From Methanobacteriota archaeon (GTDB lineage: Archaea; Undinarchaeota; Undinarchaeia; Undinarchaeales; Undinarchaeaceae): a stretch of DNA of 52,842 bases. Location: positions 1-52,842 of the forward strand of contig NZBN01000003.1 in NCBI GenBank assembly GCA_002687935.1, given 5' to 3'. Both the position numbers and the translations under genes were made by a program. Position 1 is the first letter of the stretch. The number at the start of each line of letters is the position of its first letter. Shown here one piece after another: positions 37,866 through 46,663 of the stretch. Below the pieces are notes generated by a model. The model saw only the letters and a program-made list of their open reading frames with translations. It made no database searches and was not told where the DNA came from.

Positions 37866-40800
37866 TCAGCCGAAGCCCCCTGCCACTCCGTCTCCGCCAA
37901 CAACATAACCATCTCCACTACCTCCAGATGTTCCACCACCTGGTGAGACTCCACCACCTCCAAGACCGCCACCACTTCCTGTTCCAAACACGGAACAAGA
38001 GTCAGCAGTAGTTTTTGGAGTGAATGTTCCACCTGAGCTTGAAGAACTGCCACTTCCTCCTCCTAGTCCGAAACCTCCACTAAAACCACCTGTATCTGCT
38101 CCTGTTATAGTTCCTCCTGAAGTTTCTGAAGAGTCACATATCGTATCTTCATCTCGAGCTGTAAATTGAACGCAATCATCACTAAACTTACTCTTACAGT
38201 ATCCTATATCACATCCTCCACAAGGTCCAGTCCCTATGGTCATCTTTCCATAATAGTATGTTGTGCTTGTTAGTGTGTCACCAGCGCATACTGTGTTGTT
38301 CGGACATGTGTAAGTGAAGTCCCCACAGTCTGCGTTAACATCATCGGCCCAATTTCCACTGTTGTCGCTGTTGCTCGGGCACTGTATTTCTGTCGGGCAG
38401 TTGTCAATATAATTTGAAAGATATACTCTGTCTCTTCTTCCAGAGTCAAATGTTCCTGCTGATCCTGCTTTCACACGCTTCATAAGCTTGTCTGTGTCAA
38501 TTTCTGTCTGCTCAGCGACTCCTGCGCAGTCTCCTATTATGTTGCCGCACTCTGCCGGAACTTTGTAGATTTCATCGGGAGTGTAGTCTTGCTTGAGGCA
38601 GGCAAGCCTGCGATTGTCTGAACAACTTGCGTCAGCTTTAGAGAATGTGGAGCCGATGTCTACTCCATCAGCCTTACCATAAGTTCCGCCTGTCCCTAAA
38701 GTTCCTGTCCACGAAGTATCTGAAAGCAACTGTTCACAAGCCTCACCAGAGTATCCTCCACTACTGTCAGTCCCTGTCCAGAATTCATTGTCTGAAATGT
38801 ATGTTCCGTCTTCGTCGTAGGAGAAAGTTCTGCTGGCTAGATATCCAACATTTGCTCCTCCATAATAATTTCCATTATTATTCCTACTGTCAGAGGAGGA
38901 TCTATCTTGCACTGTTCCTGCTATCCATCCACCAAATTCGTAGACTGCTCCGAGATTTTCTGTATAATCTGTCCATCCCCATACTCCGTTTGTGTACTCA
39001 CCATAGGATTCAAAGATCTCTTCTGCCTCATCATTTAATGCGCCGTCATAAGAATAGAAGCTATAGTAAGGATTCTTTGTAATTCCCCCTACTCCTCCGC
39101 GACCAAGTTTTTGAAGCATATAATATTGTTCACGCCCAAGCTCAGTAGTCCATATTGTTATGGAGTCTATCATTCCTTTGAAATGATTTGAACTTGTGGG
39201 GAGGGCTTTCATCGCTCCTATATACAAATCCTCATCATTTGTCGAAAGTGTTGCATCAATTCCAAAAGGTCTTGAGGAACTTGTATCTGTGGAGTATCTA
39301 TCAGGTTTGTAGTAGTCCCACTCCGAAGCGTCTGATACATAGAGTGTCATCAACTGAGGACTTACAACAAATGTGAAATAGTGCCATTTATCTGTGGAAA
39401 TATCAAAACTAGAAGTTACCGTTTTCGTTGTAGTAGTTCCCCCTACTTCTCCTGATGCATTTAATTGTAGTTCGTCATTTGAATTAATTGCCAATTCATA
39501 ATTTATTTCACGATTTCCCTGTGAGCTCTTTGACAGTATAACTCTATATCCTGATGAAGGCTCTTCAAGCCAGAACCACCCAGTTACCGTAATCGCAGTG
39601 CTGGATTCAATATTGTTACTGTCCGGAATCTGTACATATCCACTGCTTCCGTCGAGCGAAAGAACATCATCCTCTAGCCATTTATATGCTGTACCAAAAG
39701 TGTCTCTTAGTCCGCCGTAAGTTATACTCTCTCCATAAACATTCTTAGCAGTTTCGGCTCTAACTCTACCCTTTAAATCATTTTCAAGATCGTTTTCTTT
39801 GTAGCTCAGAGCTGCAATCCATCTTCCTTCAAGACCGAGTGAGGAACTCTCCGCCTCCTGCTGGCAGATATAATCTGCTGATTCTATTCCATCTTCAAGA
39901 TTAAGACCAACTTCAAGCCTGCACAGAGGCTTCGTCAAATCATTTTCATATGGCTGGGTTGCCAAAGTTTCAGGATCCGAATTCTCACAATAGCCGGAGC
40001 CTCCTGCCCCAATATTACACAAGTAATCTGTGGAGCAGTCGCTTTGTGATGTACAGACCTTCTTCACAAAATAACTTGTTTCACATGCACTCTTTGAAAG
40101 GCTATGGCAGGCCGCTGGACTTTCTGAAACAAGAACACAGTCACCGAAAGTTTCACAACTCTCGACAGATATTCTTTCACAGTCAGTTGATGTAGGTGTT
40201 CCTACATTTCCACTACCTAAATCTAGGTTACTTCCGGCTCCTGCTGCCGTTCCTCCTAATTCAGTTCCGATAACGAAGCCTGTCGGAGCTCCCTGGAATC
40301 CATCTCCTCCTGAGCCTAGACCGGTTCCCGGACTTTCATCTCCTCCTGTTCCTGGCCCATCTCCCTCAGGTAGAGCAGGAGCTTCTCCCTCTCCACCAGT
40401 TCCACCAGAACCCTTATTCTTACAGGAGGTGTAAGGTATAGGTACGCAGCTGTAAGAGTCTGATGAAATTTCACCACTTGTTCCTTCAGACAGAAAGAGT
40501 GCATTCAGACCTATACTAATCTCTGGCGTGCTTAGTTTATCTGGTATTTCAGAATAAGCAGGAGTATCCCATTCTTCCGCTTCCCTGAGGGCGACCTTGG
40601 GATTAGGGGAGCCTGGCGTTTTTGCCCCTTTTCTGAACTCACTACACGCGACATATTGCCGTCCGCAGTAGTCTAATGATTCTCCGTATGAAATTTCCGG
40701 AGTATCGAAGTAAACAACACTTTCCTCCCAGGATTCTGTAATAGGTCTCTCTGGAGCCTCCCCAGCGCGCTCGAATCCTTCTGGACACTCTACATTGGAG

Positions 40801-42326
40801 AATCCTCCACAGTTGCGCAGGCACATCCATTCAGGGTCGTTATCACCGCAAAGCGTTTTTTCCTTTCCATCTCCTGCATACCGTGTATAGTCTGGGCAAA
40901 CTACCATATCACTTCCACAATTTTCGTATCCATCTGCTCCTGCCGTCCTTACCCACTGACCGGCAAACTCACTATAATCTGGACATTCAATCATATCGCC
41001 ACCGCAATTATTGTAGCGGTCTTCTATATATTCACAAAGTGACTTTTCACTATCATCGGTAAAACTCTCACATCTTTCCTGACTCAGACCAAAGCAAGCA
41101 GCTTCGTTCTCAGGCTGGAGTCCATGACAGCCTACAATTGTTTCTGGAACATATTTTCCGCCAAGTTCTGTATCTCCTGGACAGAGGACTTTTCCGAGTC
41201 TGCAATAGAGATAAAGATCATTCTCAGGTCCTTTCAGCGCAGTCTTCTTCCAGCCACAGTATCCATTTCGTGGAGTAGATTGTCCTGACGTGGTTCTCAA
41301 CTCTCCACCTTTCCTCTCTCCCTGGTTCTCCCTTCCTGATGCGTCCCTTACCATTGAACTATAGTATGAATCTCCCTCAAAAGAATAGTGAAGGACCAAA
41401 TTCTCAAGATTTTTGCCATAAGCAGGAGAACTCATATTCATTCCCCGCCTTGCTGACGAAAGTCTGTCGTCTGCATTCATAATCTCATTTATTTCTTCTA
41501 TAGTGAGAGCGGTTTCCCAGATAGAAACTTCATCTATGTAACCGTCAAAAGGATTCGAGCCACTTCCAGCGTTCGTATTATCTCCTATCCAAATATCAGT
41601 TCCCTCTGAAAATAGGTAATTTTCTTCTGTACTTTTCGTTGCTTCAAGTTCCCCATTGATATAAAGTTTCAAATCAGTGCCGTTATAGCTTGCAGCTATA
41701 TGAGTTCTCCATCCTGCATTAAGGACTCCTAGTGCTTTAACTACCTGAACCTCTGAGTTAGAATTGCTGTGATCTTCTGCATAAATACTAAGAGCAACAT
41801 TTCCATTTACTGTATAAAGAATCCAGTGTCTCCTTCCGTCGTTCCAAAAGTACTTACTTATAATATCTCTGTTAGTGTTCCCCACATCTCCTGGCTGAAC
41901 CCAGACTGAAAGTGTCAATCCTTCCGTTATATCTTCTACACCAGAAACTTCAATCTGTCCTCCACTTCCGTCCAAATAATATTGGTTTTCATCAATTCCA
42001 CAACCCTGTCTATCTTTGTCGCACCACTCAACAGGATTTCCCATCAAAGGAACGCAGGATTTTCCCACATCACTTATCGGGTCAACTAAATAATCTGGAC
42101 AGACGATATTTTCAAACTCTACAAAACCGCCGGCGTACTTTACGGCGCCTTCAAGATCAATAGCCGCTAGACCTTCTGCGCCTTCCAACCCTGTTTGCGC
42201 AATCGCAAGCTCCGGCGCGGCGGAGCCTGTTGTCGCATACTTCACACCCGCTGTGAGTGCGAGCATACCACTCGTTATTATGATTATTGCTCCAATTGTC
42301 AACTGAGCCTTTCTATTAAGTTTCAA
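37866..42326 (-). CDS. Giant (about 1486 aa) pilin-like adhesin: two LamG domains, Cys-rich repeats, DUF1554/C-type-lectin-like segments, Gly-rich linkers
   Basis: The TTG at 42326 overlaps the upstream TGA and follows GGTGG, giving MKLNRKA|QLTIGAIIIITSGMLAL. LamG motifs LTLSVWV...HIAASYNG...FDGYIDEVSIW and ITVTGWF...WHYFTFV...FKGMIDSITIW. Confidence 0.85.
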   Translation of the reverse strand: MKLNRKAQLTIGAIIIITSGMLALTAGVKYATTGSAAPELAIAQTGLEGAEGLAAIDLEGAVKYAGGFVEFENIVCPDYLVDPISDVGKSCVPLMGNPVEWCDKDRQGCGIDENQYYLDGSGGQIEVSGVEDITEGLTLSVWVQPGDVGNTNRDIISKYFWNDGRRHWILYTVNGNVALSIYAEDHSNSNSEVQVVKALGVLNAGWRTHIAASYNGTDLKLYINGELEATKSTEENYLFSEGTDIWIGDNTNAGSGSNPFDGYIDEVSIWETALTIEEINEIMNADDRLSSARRGMNMSSPAYGKNLENLVLHYSFEGDSYYSSMVRDASGRENQGERKGGELRTTSGQSTPRNGYCGWKKTALKGPENDLYLYCRLGKVLCPGDTELGGKYVPETIVGCHGLQPENEAACFGLSQERCESFTDDSEKSLCEYIEDRYNNCGGDMIECPDYSEFAGQWVRTAGADGYENCGSDMVVCPDYTRYAGDGKEKTLCGDNDPEWMCLRNCGGFSNVECPEGFERAGEAPERPITESWEESVVYFDTPEISYGESLDYCGRQYVACSEFRKGAKTPGSPNPKVALREAEEWDTPAYSEIPDKLSTPEISIGLNALFLSEGTSGEISSDSYSCVPIPYTSCKNKGSGGTGGEGEAPALPEGDGPGTGGDESPGTGLGSGGDGFQGAPTGFVIGTELGGTAAGAGSNLDLGSGNVGTPTSTDCERISVESCETFGDCVLVSESPAACHSLSKSACETSYFVKKVCTSQSDCSTDYLCNIGAGGSGYCENSDPETLATQPYENDLTKPLCRLEVGLNLEDGIESADYICQQEAESSSLGLEGRWIAALSYKENDLENDLKGRVRAETAKNVYGESITYGGLRDTFGTAYKWLEDDVLSLDGSSGYVQIPDSNNIESSTAITVTGWFWLEEPSSGYRVILSKSSQGNREINYELAINSNDELQLNASGEVGGTTTTKTVTSSFDISTDKWHYFTFVVSPQLMTLYVSDASEWDYYKPDRYSTDTSSSRPFGIDATLSTNDEDLYIGAMKALPTSSNHFKGMIDSITIWTTELGREQYYMLQKLGRGGVGGITKNPYYSFYSYDGALNDEAEEIFESYGEYTNGVWGWTDYTENLGAVYEFGGWIAGTVQDRSSSDSRNNNGNYYGGANVGYLASRTFSYDEDGTYISDNEFWTGTDSSGGYSGEACEQLLSDTSWTGTLGTGGTYGKADGVDIGSTFSKADASCSDNRRLACLKQDYTPDEIYKVPAECGNIIGDCAGVAEQTEIDTDKLMKRVKAGSAGTFDSGRRDRVYLSNYIDNCPTEIQCPSNSDNSGNWADDVNADCGDFTYTCPNNTVCAGDTLTSTTYYYGKMTIGTGPCGGCDIGYCKSKFSDDCVQFTARDEDTICDSSETSGGTITGADTGGFSGGFGLGGGSGSSSSSGGTFTPKTTADSCSVFGTGSGGGLGGGGVSPGGGTSGGSGDGYVVGGDGVAGGFG

Positions 42327-42700
42327 TTTGCCACCACTGTACACCCGCTAACTTTCTGACACTGGGACAATGTCAGATCTGAACAAGTTACTGTTCCTCC
42401 ACAATAGCTGTCATCCCATTGACAAGTATTTATTGAATTGCAAACTGCCTGTGTCAAGCCTTCACAATCGGCGGCTGAAATACCACTTTTCCTATCGCAG
42501 TCATAACCTTGTCCAAGAATTCTTTCACGGATGTCCAGTTCTTCTATACCTTCTGCCGTTTCCGTGCCCGCCTCGCTTGCGGCAGCCGCCGGATCACGGA
42601 ATCCACCTGTAAAAAATTGCACAACAAAAAAGAGTACCATAACTGCCAGAGCCAGCGTCACAATTGTGGTAATCGACAGTCCTTGAGCCTTGCGTGCCAT
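42323..42700 (-). CDS. Small pilin with Cys-rich repeats
   Basis: MARKAQGLSITTIVTLALAVMVLFFVV; CEGLTQAVCNSINTCQW...CGGTVTCSDLTLSQCQKVSGC. Confidence 0.82.
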   Translation of the reverse strand: MARKAQGLSITTIVTLALAVMVLFFVVQFFTGGFRDPAAAASEAGTETAEGIEELDIRERILGQGYDCDRKSGISAADCEGLTQAVCNSINTCQWDDSYCGGTVTCSDLTLSQCQKVSGCTVVAN

Positions 42701-42722
42701 AAAAAAGCCTAATCTCCGAAGA

Positions 42723-42730
42723 TTTAAATA
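42723..42730 (-). promoter_or_regulatory. TATA-like box for the 42700 sub-operon
   Basis: TATTTAAA on the minus strand, ending about 23 nt before ATG 42700. Confidence 0.5.
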
Positions 42731-42750
42731 GCTACCGCTGCTTGTCTGTT

Positions 42751-42773
42751 AAAAAAAAGAGGGCGAGCCCTCT
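42751..42773 (-). terminator. Hairpin plus T8 terminator after the candidate major pilin
   Basis: Minus strand AGAGGG-CTCG-CCCTCT followed by TTTTTTT, starting 6 nt after the stop at 42780. Confidence 0.75.
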
Positions 42774-42779
42774 ATCTAA

Positions 42780-43163
42780 TTAGTTTGTAGCGCAAGTTGG
42801 AGCTAGAGGACCTTCAATGGATGCGTTGGCGGCGATTCCAGTACAAACATACCATTCTCCGTCTATTCTTCCATCACCGTCCAAATCAATATCAGCTCTC
42901 GTCGCCTTAAGTTTGTCATCCCAAACATCACCAGGAGCTATATCTGGTCTTCCTGCGTTTGCATACTGTGTACAGAAAGAATCACAAGTGATTCTTGCGG
43001 CTTCAAGACCTGACCCTGCTCCTGTTGTTGCTGCCCCAAATAAACCGGCGAACTTTGTCCAGCCGCCAGTCGTAAATCCAAGAACTATGAATACGACAAA
43101 GACAGCCAGAGCAATTATCACCAGCATATTTATTGACAGACCTTGTCCCTTTTTATTGGCCAT
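42780..43163 (-). CDS. Pilin, candidate major subunit
   Basis: MANKKG|QGLSINMLVIIALAVFVVFIVLGF; four Cys; DIDLDGDGRID motif; has its own TATA box and terminator. Confidence 0.82.
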   Translation of the reverse strand: MANKKGQGLSINMLVIIALAVFVVFIVLGFTTGGWTKFAGLFGAATTGAGSGLEAARITCDSFCTQYANAGRPDIAPGDVWDDKLKATRADIDLDGDGRIDGEWYVCTGIAANASIEGPLAPTCATN

Positions 43164-43184
43164 AATCCGAATAAAGCGTTACTC

Positions 43185-43192
43185 TTTATATA
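43185..43192 (-). promoter_or_regulatory. TATA box of the candidate major pilin
   Basis: Purine-rich AGACAAGG followed by TATATAAA, ending about 22 nt before ATG 43163. Confidence 0.6.
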
Positions 43193-43199
43193 CCTTGTC

Positions 43200-43379
43200 T
43201 TAGTTCAGAACATCAACAGCCTGTCCGCTGAGAGTCTTGAACTTTCCTATTAATATGAATCCAAGCATAGCAAGCATCATCGCTATGACTGCGCCCACCA
43301 CTATCCACAGTGGTTCAATATCTCCCTTCCTAGAGCGTATCGCGTCTATCGCCCTGTATTTTATGAATTCCTTCATCAT
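43200..43379 (-). CDS. Tiny pilin, 59 aa (not in the ORF track)
   Basis: MMKEFIKYRAIDAIRSRKG|DIEPLWIVVGAVIAMMLAMLGFILIGKFKTLSGQAVDVLN; ATGA overlap with the upstream ORF. Confidence 0.75.
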   Translation of the reverse strand: MMKEFIKYRAIDAIRSRKGDIEPLWIVVGAVIAMMLAMLGFILIGKFKTLSGQAVDVLN

Positions 43380-43519
43380 CCTGGCAGTGCTCCTATCGCT
43401 CCTTTAGCAAGCTCGTAGAATTTAAATGCTATCATTAGAGCAACCATTACTAGAATTGCACCTATTATGAACTGCAGGGTAAATTCAATCCCTTTCTTGT
43501 TTTCAATTACACTTTTCAT
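43376..43519 (-). CDS. Tiny pilin, 47 aa (not in the ORF track)
   Basis: MKSVIENKKG|IEFTLQFIIGAILVMVALMIAFKFYELAKGAIGALPG; TAATG overlap with the upstream gene. Confidence 0.78.
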   Translation of the reverse strand: MKSVIENKKGIEFTLQFIIGAILVMVALMIAFKFYELAKGAIGALPG

Positions 43520-44694
43520 TAGTATTCCTCAATATCATATGTCGGTACAGAGCTCAGGTCCATAATTGCCATGGTTTCAGCTGTATCTATGAAGAGTTGA
43601 GTATAGAGAACCTCAGGCTCCCCAACTTTTATTGTTTTCGGGAATCCGCGATTCCACCTGATATTGTCTTTGTCAAATAGAAATGGAGCGAAATAAGCGC
43701 TTACTGGATGACTATATCCACACCCTCTATAGTCATTGGAGAATCCTTCGCCCCCCCATGAAAGAGTTACATGTCGTAATATCGATGAGCCCGTGTCAGT
43801 TTTTTCTGTGTAATCATAGTAACTATTCGGAAGTCCCTGTGCTCCAGTTGAACCAAGTTCCTGCTTAACAAAGCACTTACAGTCTTCACTTACTGGCCCT
43901 TCTTCAAGTACTGAGCACTTCGCCAGCATTGCAAGTGTCATTACCTGCTCGTCCATATAATTTGTTTTTACATAACACCTGTCTTCAAATTGATGATACC
44001 AGGCTGTTGCAATTAAACCATCGTTTGTCATAATTGTGTATTTATCTGTTTTCCACTGACCTTCAGTTCCGGGAACATCAATCCTTTCAGTTTCCGCGTC
44101 CCAATAAGCAAACCAATTTGTGCACCTTCCCGGCAATGGCATCTCGGGACCTTCGTTGGAGAGGACAACACTTATTTTAAAAAGTGGTATTCCCCAGCCG
44201 GCTGCGTATCCATAATAAGTTGTACCTCCGTGAAGGTAATGGAAGGCTTGTGAAGCCCTCCTGTAAATACAGGCTCCTGCTTCATAGGAGCTTCCGGCGC
44301 AGGTCACTGGCGTTTCTTTACAGAGCTTTGGGAATGCTGCTGATGTACCTTCCCTCAGGGCTTCGTAGACTGCTCTTTCTGTTGCATTAAGAGTCTCAAT
44401 GGCATCTCCAAAAGCCCAACCTTTTATACAATTTCCAGTAGAGTACAGCCAATTGCAATCCGGCTTCGAAAAATGGGTTTCATTAGTTTTTCCAATAACT
44501 GTTTCCATAACATTGGCTCTGACTGAAAGAGAACCGTAGCAAACACTTCCTGTTGCTTTTCCTTCTGTAGCACTCAGGAATGTTTCTGCCGAGCCCATCA
44601 TCACAACAGCAAGTCCCATAAGAACTGCCATACTTACTACAATTGATATTAATGCACCCTTTCTCTGTCTCATAATTTCCGATTGTTTTCTCAT
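43519..44694 (-). CDS. Large Cys-rich pilin-like protein (paralog A)
   Basis: MRQRKG|ALISIVVSMAVLMGLAVVMM; collinear similarity to the next gene. Confidence 0.78.
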   Translation of the reverse strand: MRKQSEIMRQRKGALISIVVSMAVLMGLAVVMMGSAETFLSATEGKATGSVCYGSLSVRANVMETVIGKTNETHFSKPDCNWLYSTGNCIKGWAFGDAIETLNATERAVYEALREGTSAAFPKLCKETPVTCAGSSYEAGACIYRRASQAFHYLHGGTTYYGYAAGWGIPLFKISVVLSNEGPEMPLPGRCTNWFAYWDAETERIDVPGTEGQWKTDKYTIMTNDGLIATAWYHQFEDRCYVKTNYMDEQVMTLAMLAKCSVLEEGPVSEDCKCFVKQELGSTGAQGLPNSYYDYTEKTDTGSSILRHVTLSWGGEGFSNDYRGCGYSHPVSAYFAPFLFDKDNIRWNRGFPKTIKVGEPEVLYTQLFIDTAETMAIMDLSSVPTYDIEEY

Positions 44695-44698
44695 ATTA

Positions 44699-45841
44699 TT
44701 ATACTTGCTTTATCTTAATGACATTCCCTTCTGAAATTCTTATTAAACGGAATAAAAGTATCTTGGAATTTCCTTCAAAAATTCCCTGCTGTCCCCCTGA
44801 ACTCCATTTTATCCTGTCTCCCCCTATGTCTGAAACATTGAAAATAAATGGTTCAGGCTCCGCTCCGCAGCCAACATAATTGCCTCCCCATATGTAATCA
44901 CTGAAAGCATCAGTTTTTATCACCGGAGAAATTCTTGCATTATCCTGAACACTTATTTCAGAATTCCCAAGACCGTTTGCATCAGAGTAAACAAGCTTTC
45001 CAGGTAATTCTTCCTTCACAAAGCAGATACATGCTCCGGATTCTGGACCTACTATACCCTCTCTGTCCTGGGCATTCATACATCTCTCCATCGCTGCGAG
45101 TATCATTGTTGATTCATCAACAAATGATACTGTAATATTGCATTTATTACTTACAGAGTTCCAAATCACTTTAGAATCTTCCACACTAGTGTCGATCCAC
45201 TCTGAACAGGAACCGTCCATAAGAAAGGTACCAGGTCCATTTACCTTAGCCGTAATTTCAAATATATCAAAATCTGTCACTGCATTTTCTGTTGAACCAT
45301 GAAGACTGTAAAAAGCGTTTATCGAAGCTTGGTAGAGGAAATAAGATAACTGGTCTGCATTCATTGCGACTTCCACCCTTTCTGTCTGCCTCCTTGTACA
45401 TCTATTAGGGAAGTTATCTGTCATGCTGTCAGTTATTAATGTAACTCTGTTTTGAAGACCTTCAAATCCACCTATCGTCGCATCAATCAATTCTATTTCA
45501 CCAGCTGCCTTGGATACTCTATATAAATTCTGAACAGTTTTCACTTGCCCATAGACAGGAATAAAGGCAACTGCAACGTCAGTCCATTCCATATCGGCAT
45601 CCTCCACAGCCTTCTCTCTATTTTCCTCAAGTTTTTTAAGAATTTCCTGAAAACTAACCTGCATCTTCGCTTTCTGTCCTGTTCCAGAATAGCAGTAAGT
45701 TCCTGCACTTTCAAGCTCAGCCTTTGGCAGAAGATTTCCAAGAAAGAAGAAAATTCCAACAAGCAGACCAAGCCCCACAACTCCGGCAATAACTATCATC
45801 ATCCATCTCTGGGCAGTCGCACCCTTTCTGTTTGTTATCAT
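44699..45841 (-). CDS. Large Cys-rich pilin-like protein (paralog B)
   Basis: The ATG at 45841 gives MITNRKG|ATAQRWMMIVIAGVVGLGLLVGIFFF. Confidence 0.78.
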   Translation of the reverse strand: MITNRKGATAQRWMMIVIAGVVGLGLLVGIFFFLGNLLPKAELESAGTYCYSGTGQKAKMQVSFQEILKKLEENREKAVEDADMEWTDVAVAFIPVYGQVKTVQNLYRVSKAAGEIELIDATIGGFEGLQNRVTLITDSMTDNFPNRCTRRQTERVEVAMNADQLSYFLYQASINAFYSLHGSTENAVTDFDIFEITAKVNGPGTFLMDGSCSEWIDTSVEDSKVIWNSVSNKCNITVSFVDESTMILAAMERCMNAQDREGIVGPESGACICFVKEELPGKLVYSDANGLGNSEISVQDNARISPVIKTDAFSDYIWGGNYVGCGAEPEPFIFNVSDIGGDRIKWSSGGQQGIFEGNSKILLFRLIRISEGNVIKIKQV

Positions 45842-45843
45842 AG

Positions 45844-46482
45844 TCAGATAAGTGAAATCCCAAGGTTTACAAGTCCGATTGCCGCGAAGGCGAGGACTAC
45901 AGAAAGAATTCCCTTCCAATATGGTAAGTCATGAGACGCTGAAACTGCTGCAGATCTAATCCAGAGCGCCCAAGCCGTAAATATCGCAACTGTAACAGAG
46001 AGATATACTGTATAAATTCCGAAATAGGCAAAGGGGTCAGGAATAGTTCCTGTAGTTGTAATCTCGTAGAATGTTGCTCGCATCGAAACGAACTTGAACT
46101 GCAGTCCAGCCGCTGTAAGTCCCATCAAAGGCGCCAGCATCTGTTCATAACAAGCAAGTCCGAAAGTCGTTTCAAGATTTCCCTTTCCACCCAGAGCTTT
46201 TGCTACGTAATGAGCTATTGCAATAAAGATAAACAGAGTTGCAAAGGCCTTCGCCATCGCAGTCAATATAGAAATAGGGAGAAGTTCCAAACCGGCTCCG
46301 AAGTCAATAGGAATAAAACCAGTTCCAAGCCGTGCTTCCGCCGCCGCGTAAATTGCAAGCCCTGCGAAAGTCAGCATCAGCCATACAGCTGCTCCATGCT
46401 TCCAATTTGCATGCTCTTTGAGCTCCGTCAGCTCAGCTTTTGGTGTTATAAGCACTTTCAAAGTGCCGGCAGATACTTGCAT
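45844..46482 (-). CDS. Yip1-domain membrane protein
   Basis: LITPKAEL-x-ELK; about 5 TM helices; AKALGGKGNLETTFGLACY; W-x-x-W...AVSASHDLPYWKG. Confidence 0.72.
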   Translation of the reverse strand: MQVSAGTLKVLITPKAELTELKEHANWKHGAAVWLMLTFAGLAIYAAAEARLGTGFIPIDFGAGLELLPISILTAMAKAFATLFIFIAIAHYVAKALGGKGNLETTFGLACYEQMLAPLMGLTAAGLQFKFVSMRATFYEITTTGTIPDPFAYFGIYTVYLSVTVAIFTAWALWIRSAAVSASHDLPYWKGILSVVLAFAAIGLVNLGISLI

Positions 46483-46519
46483 ATTCTGATTAAAGATATA
46501 GACCTTAAATTCTTTCTGG

Positions 46520-46663
46520 TTAACTTATCATCCGTGTATATATGATGTACATCGTGGCGACTGTTGCAATCACTGCGAGTATTTTTATTACAAGAAGAAT
46601 GGTTTCGTCAATATCCCCTTTTCTGTTCCAGAGCCTACATTGTGAATATGTCAAACCTTCCAA
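46520..46663 (-). CDS. Tiny pilin, about 47 aa (not in the ORF track)
   Basis: (M)EGLTYSQCRLWNRKG|DIDETILLVIKILAVIATVATMYIIYTRMIS. TTG start at 46663 (after GGGGTGA) or at 46654; overlaps the platform gene 3' end. Confidence 0.6.
   Translation of the reverse strand: MEGLTYSQCRLWNRKGDIDETILLVIKILAVIATVATMYIIYTRMIS

Noticed and set aside
45842-45919. Extended starts in the track for several genes (45919, 42344, 37173, 35773, 24090, 23783, 21388)
   Set aside because: Downstream starts give ATGA/TTGA coupling or place the class III or family motif at the N-terminus.
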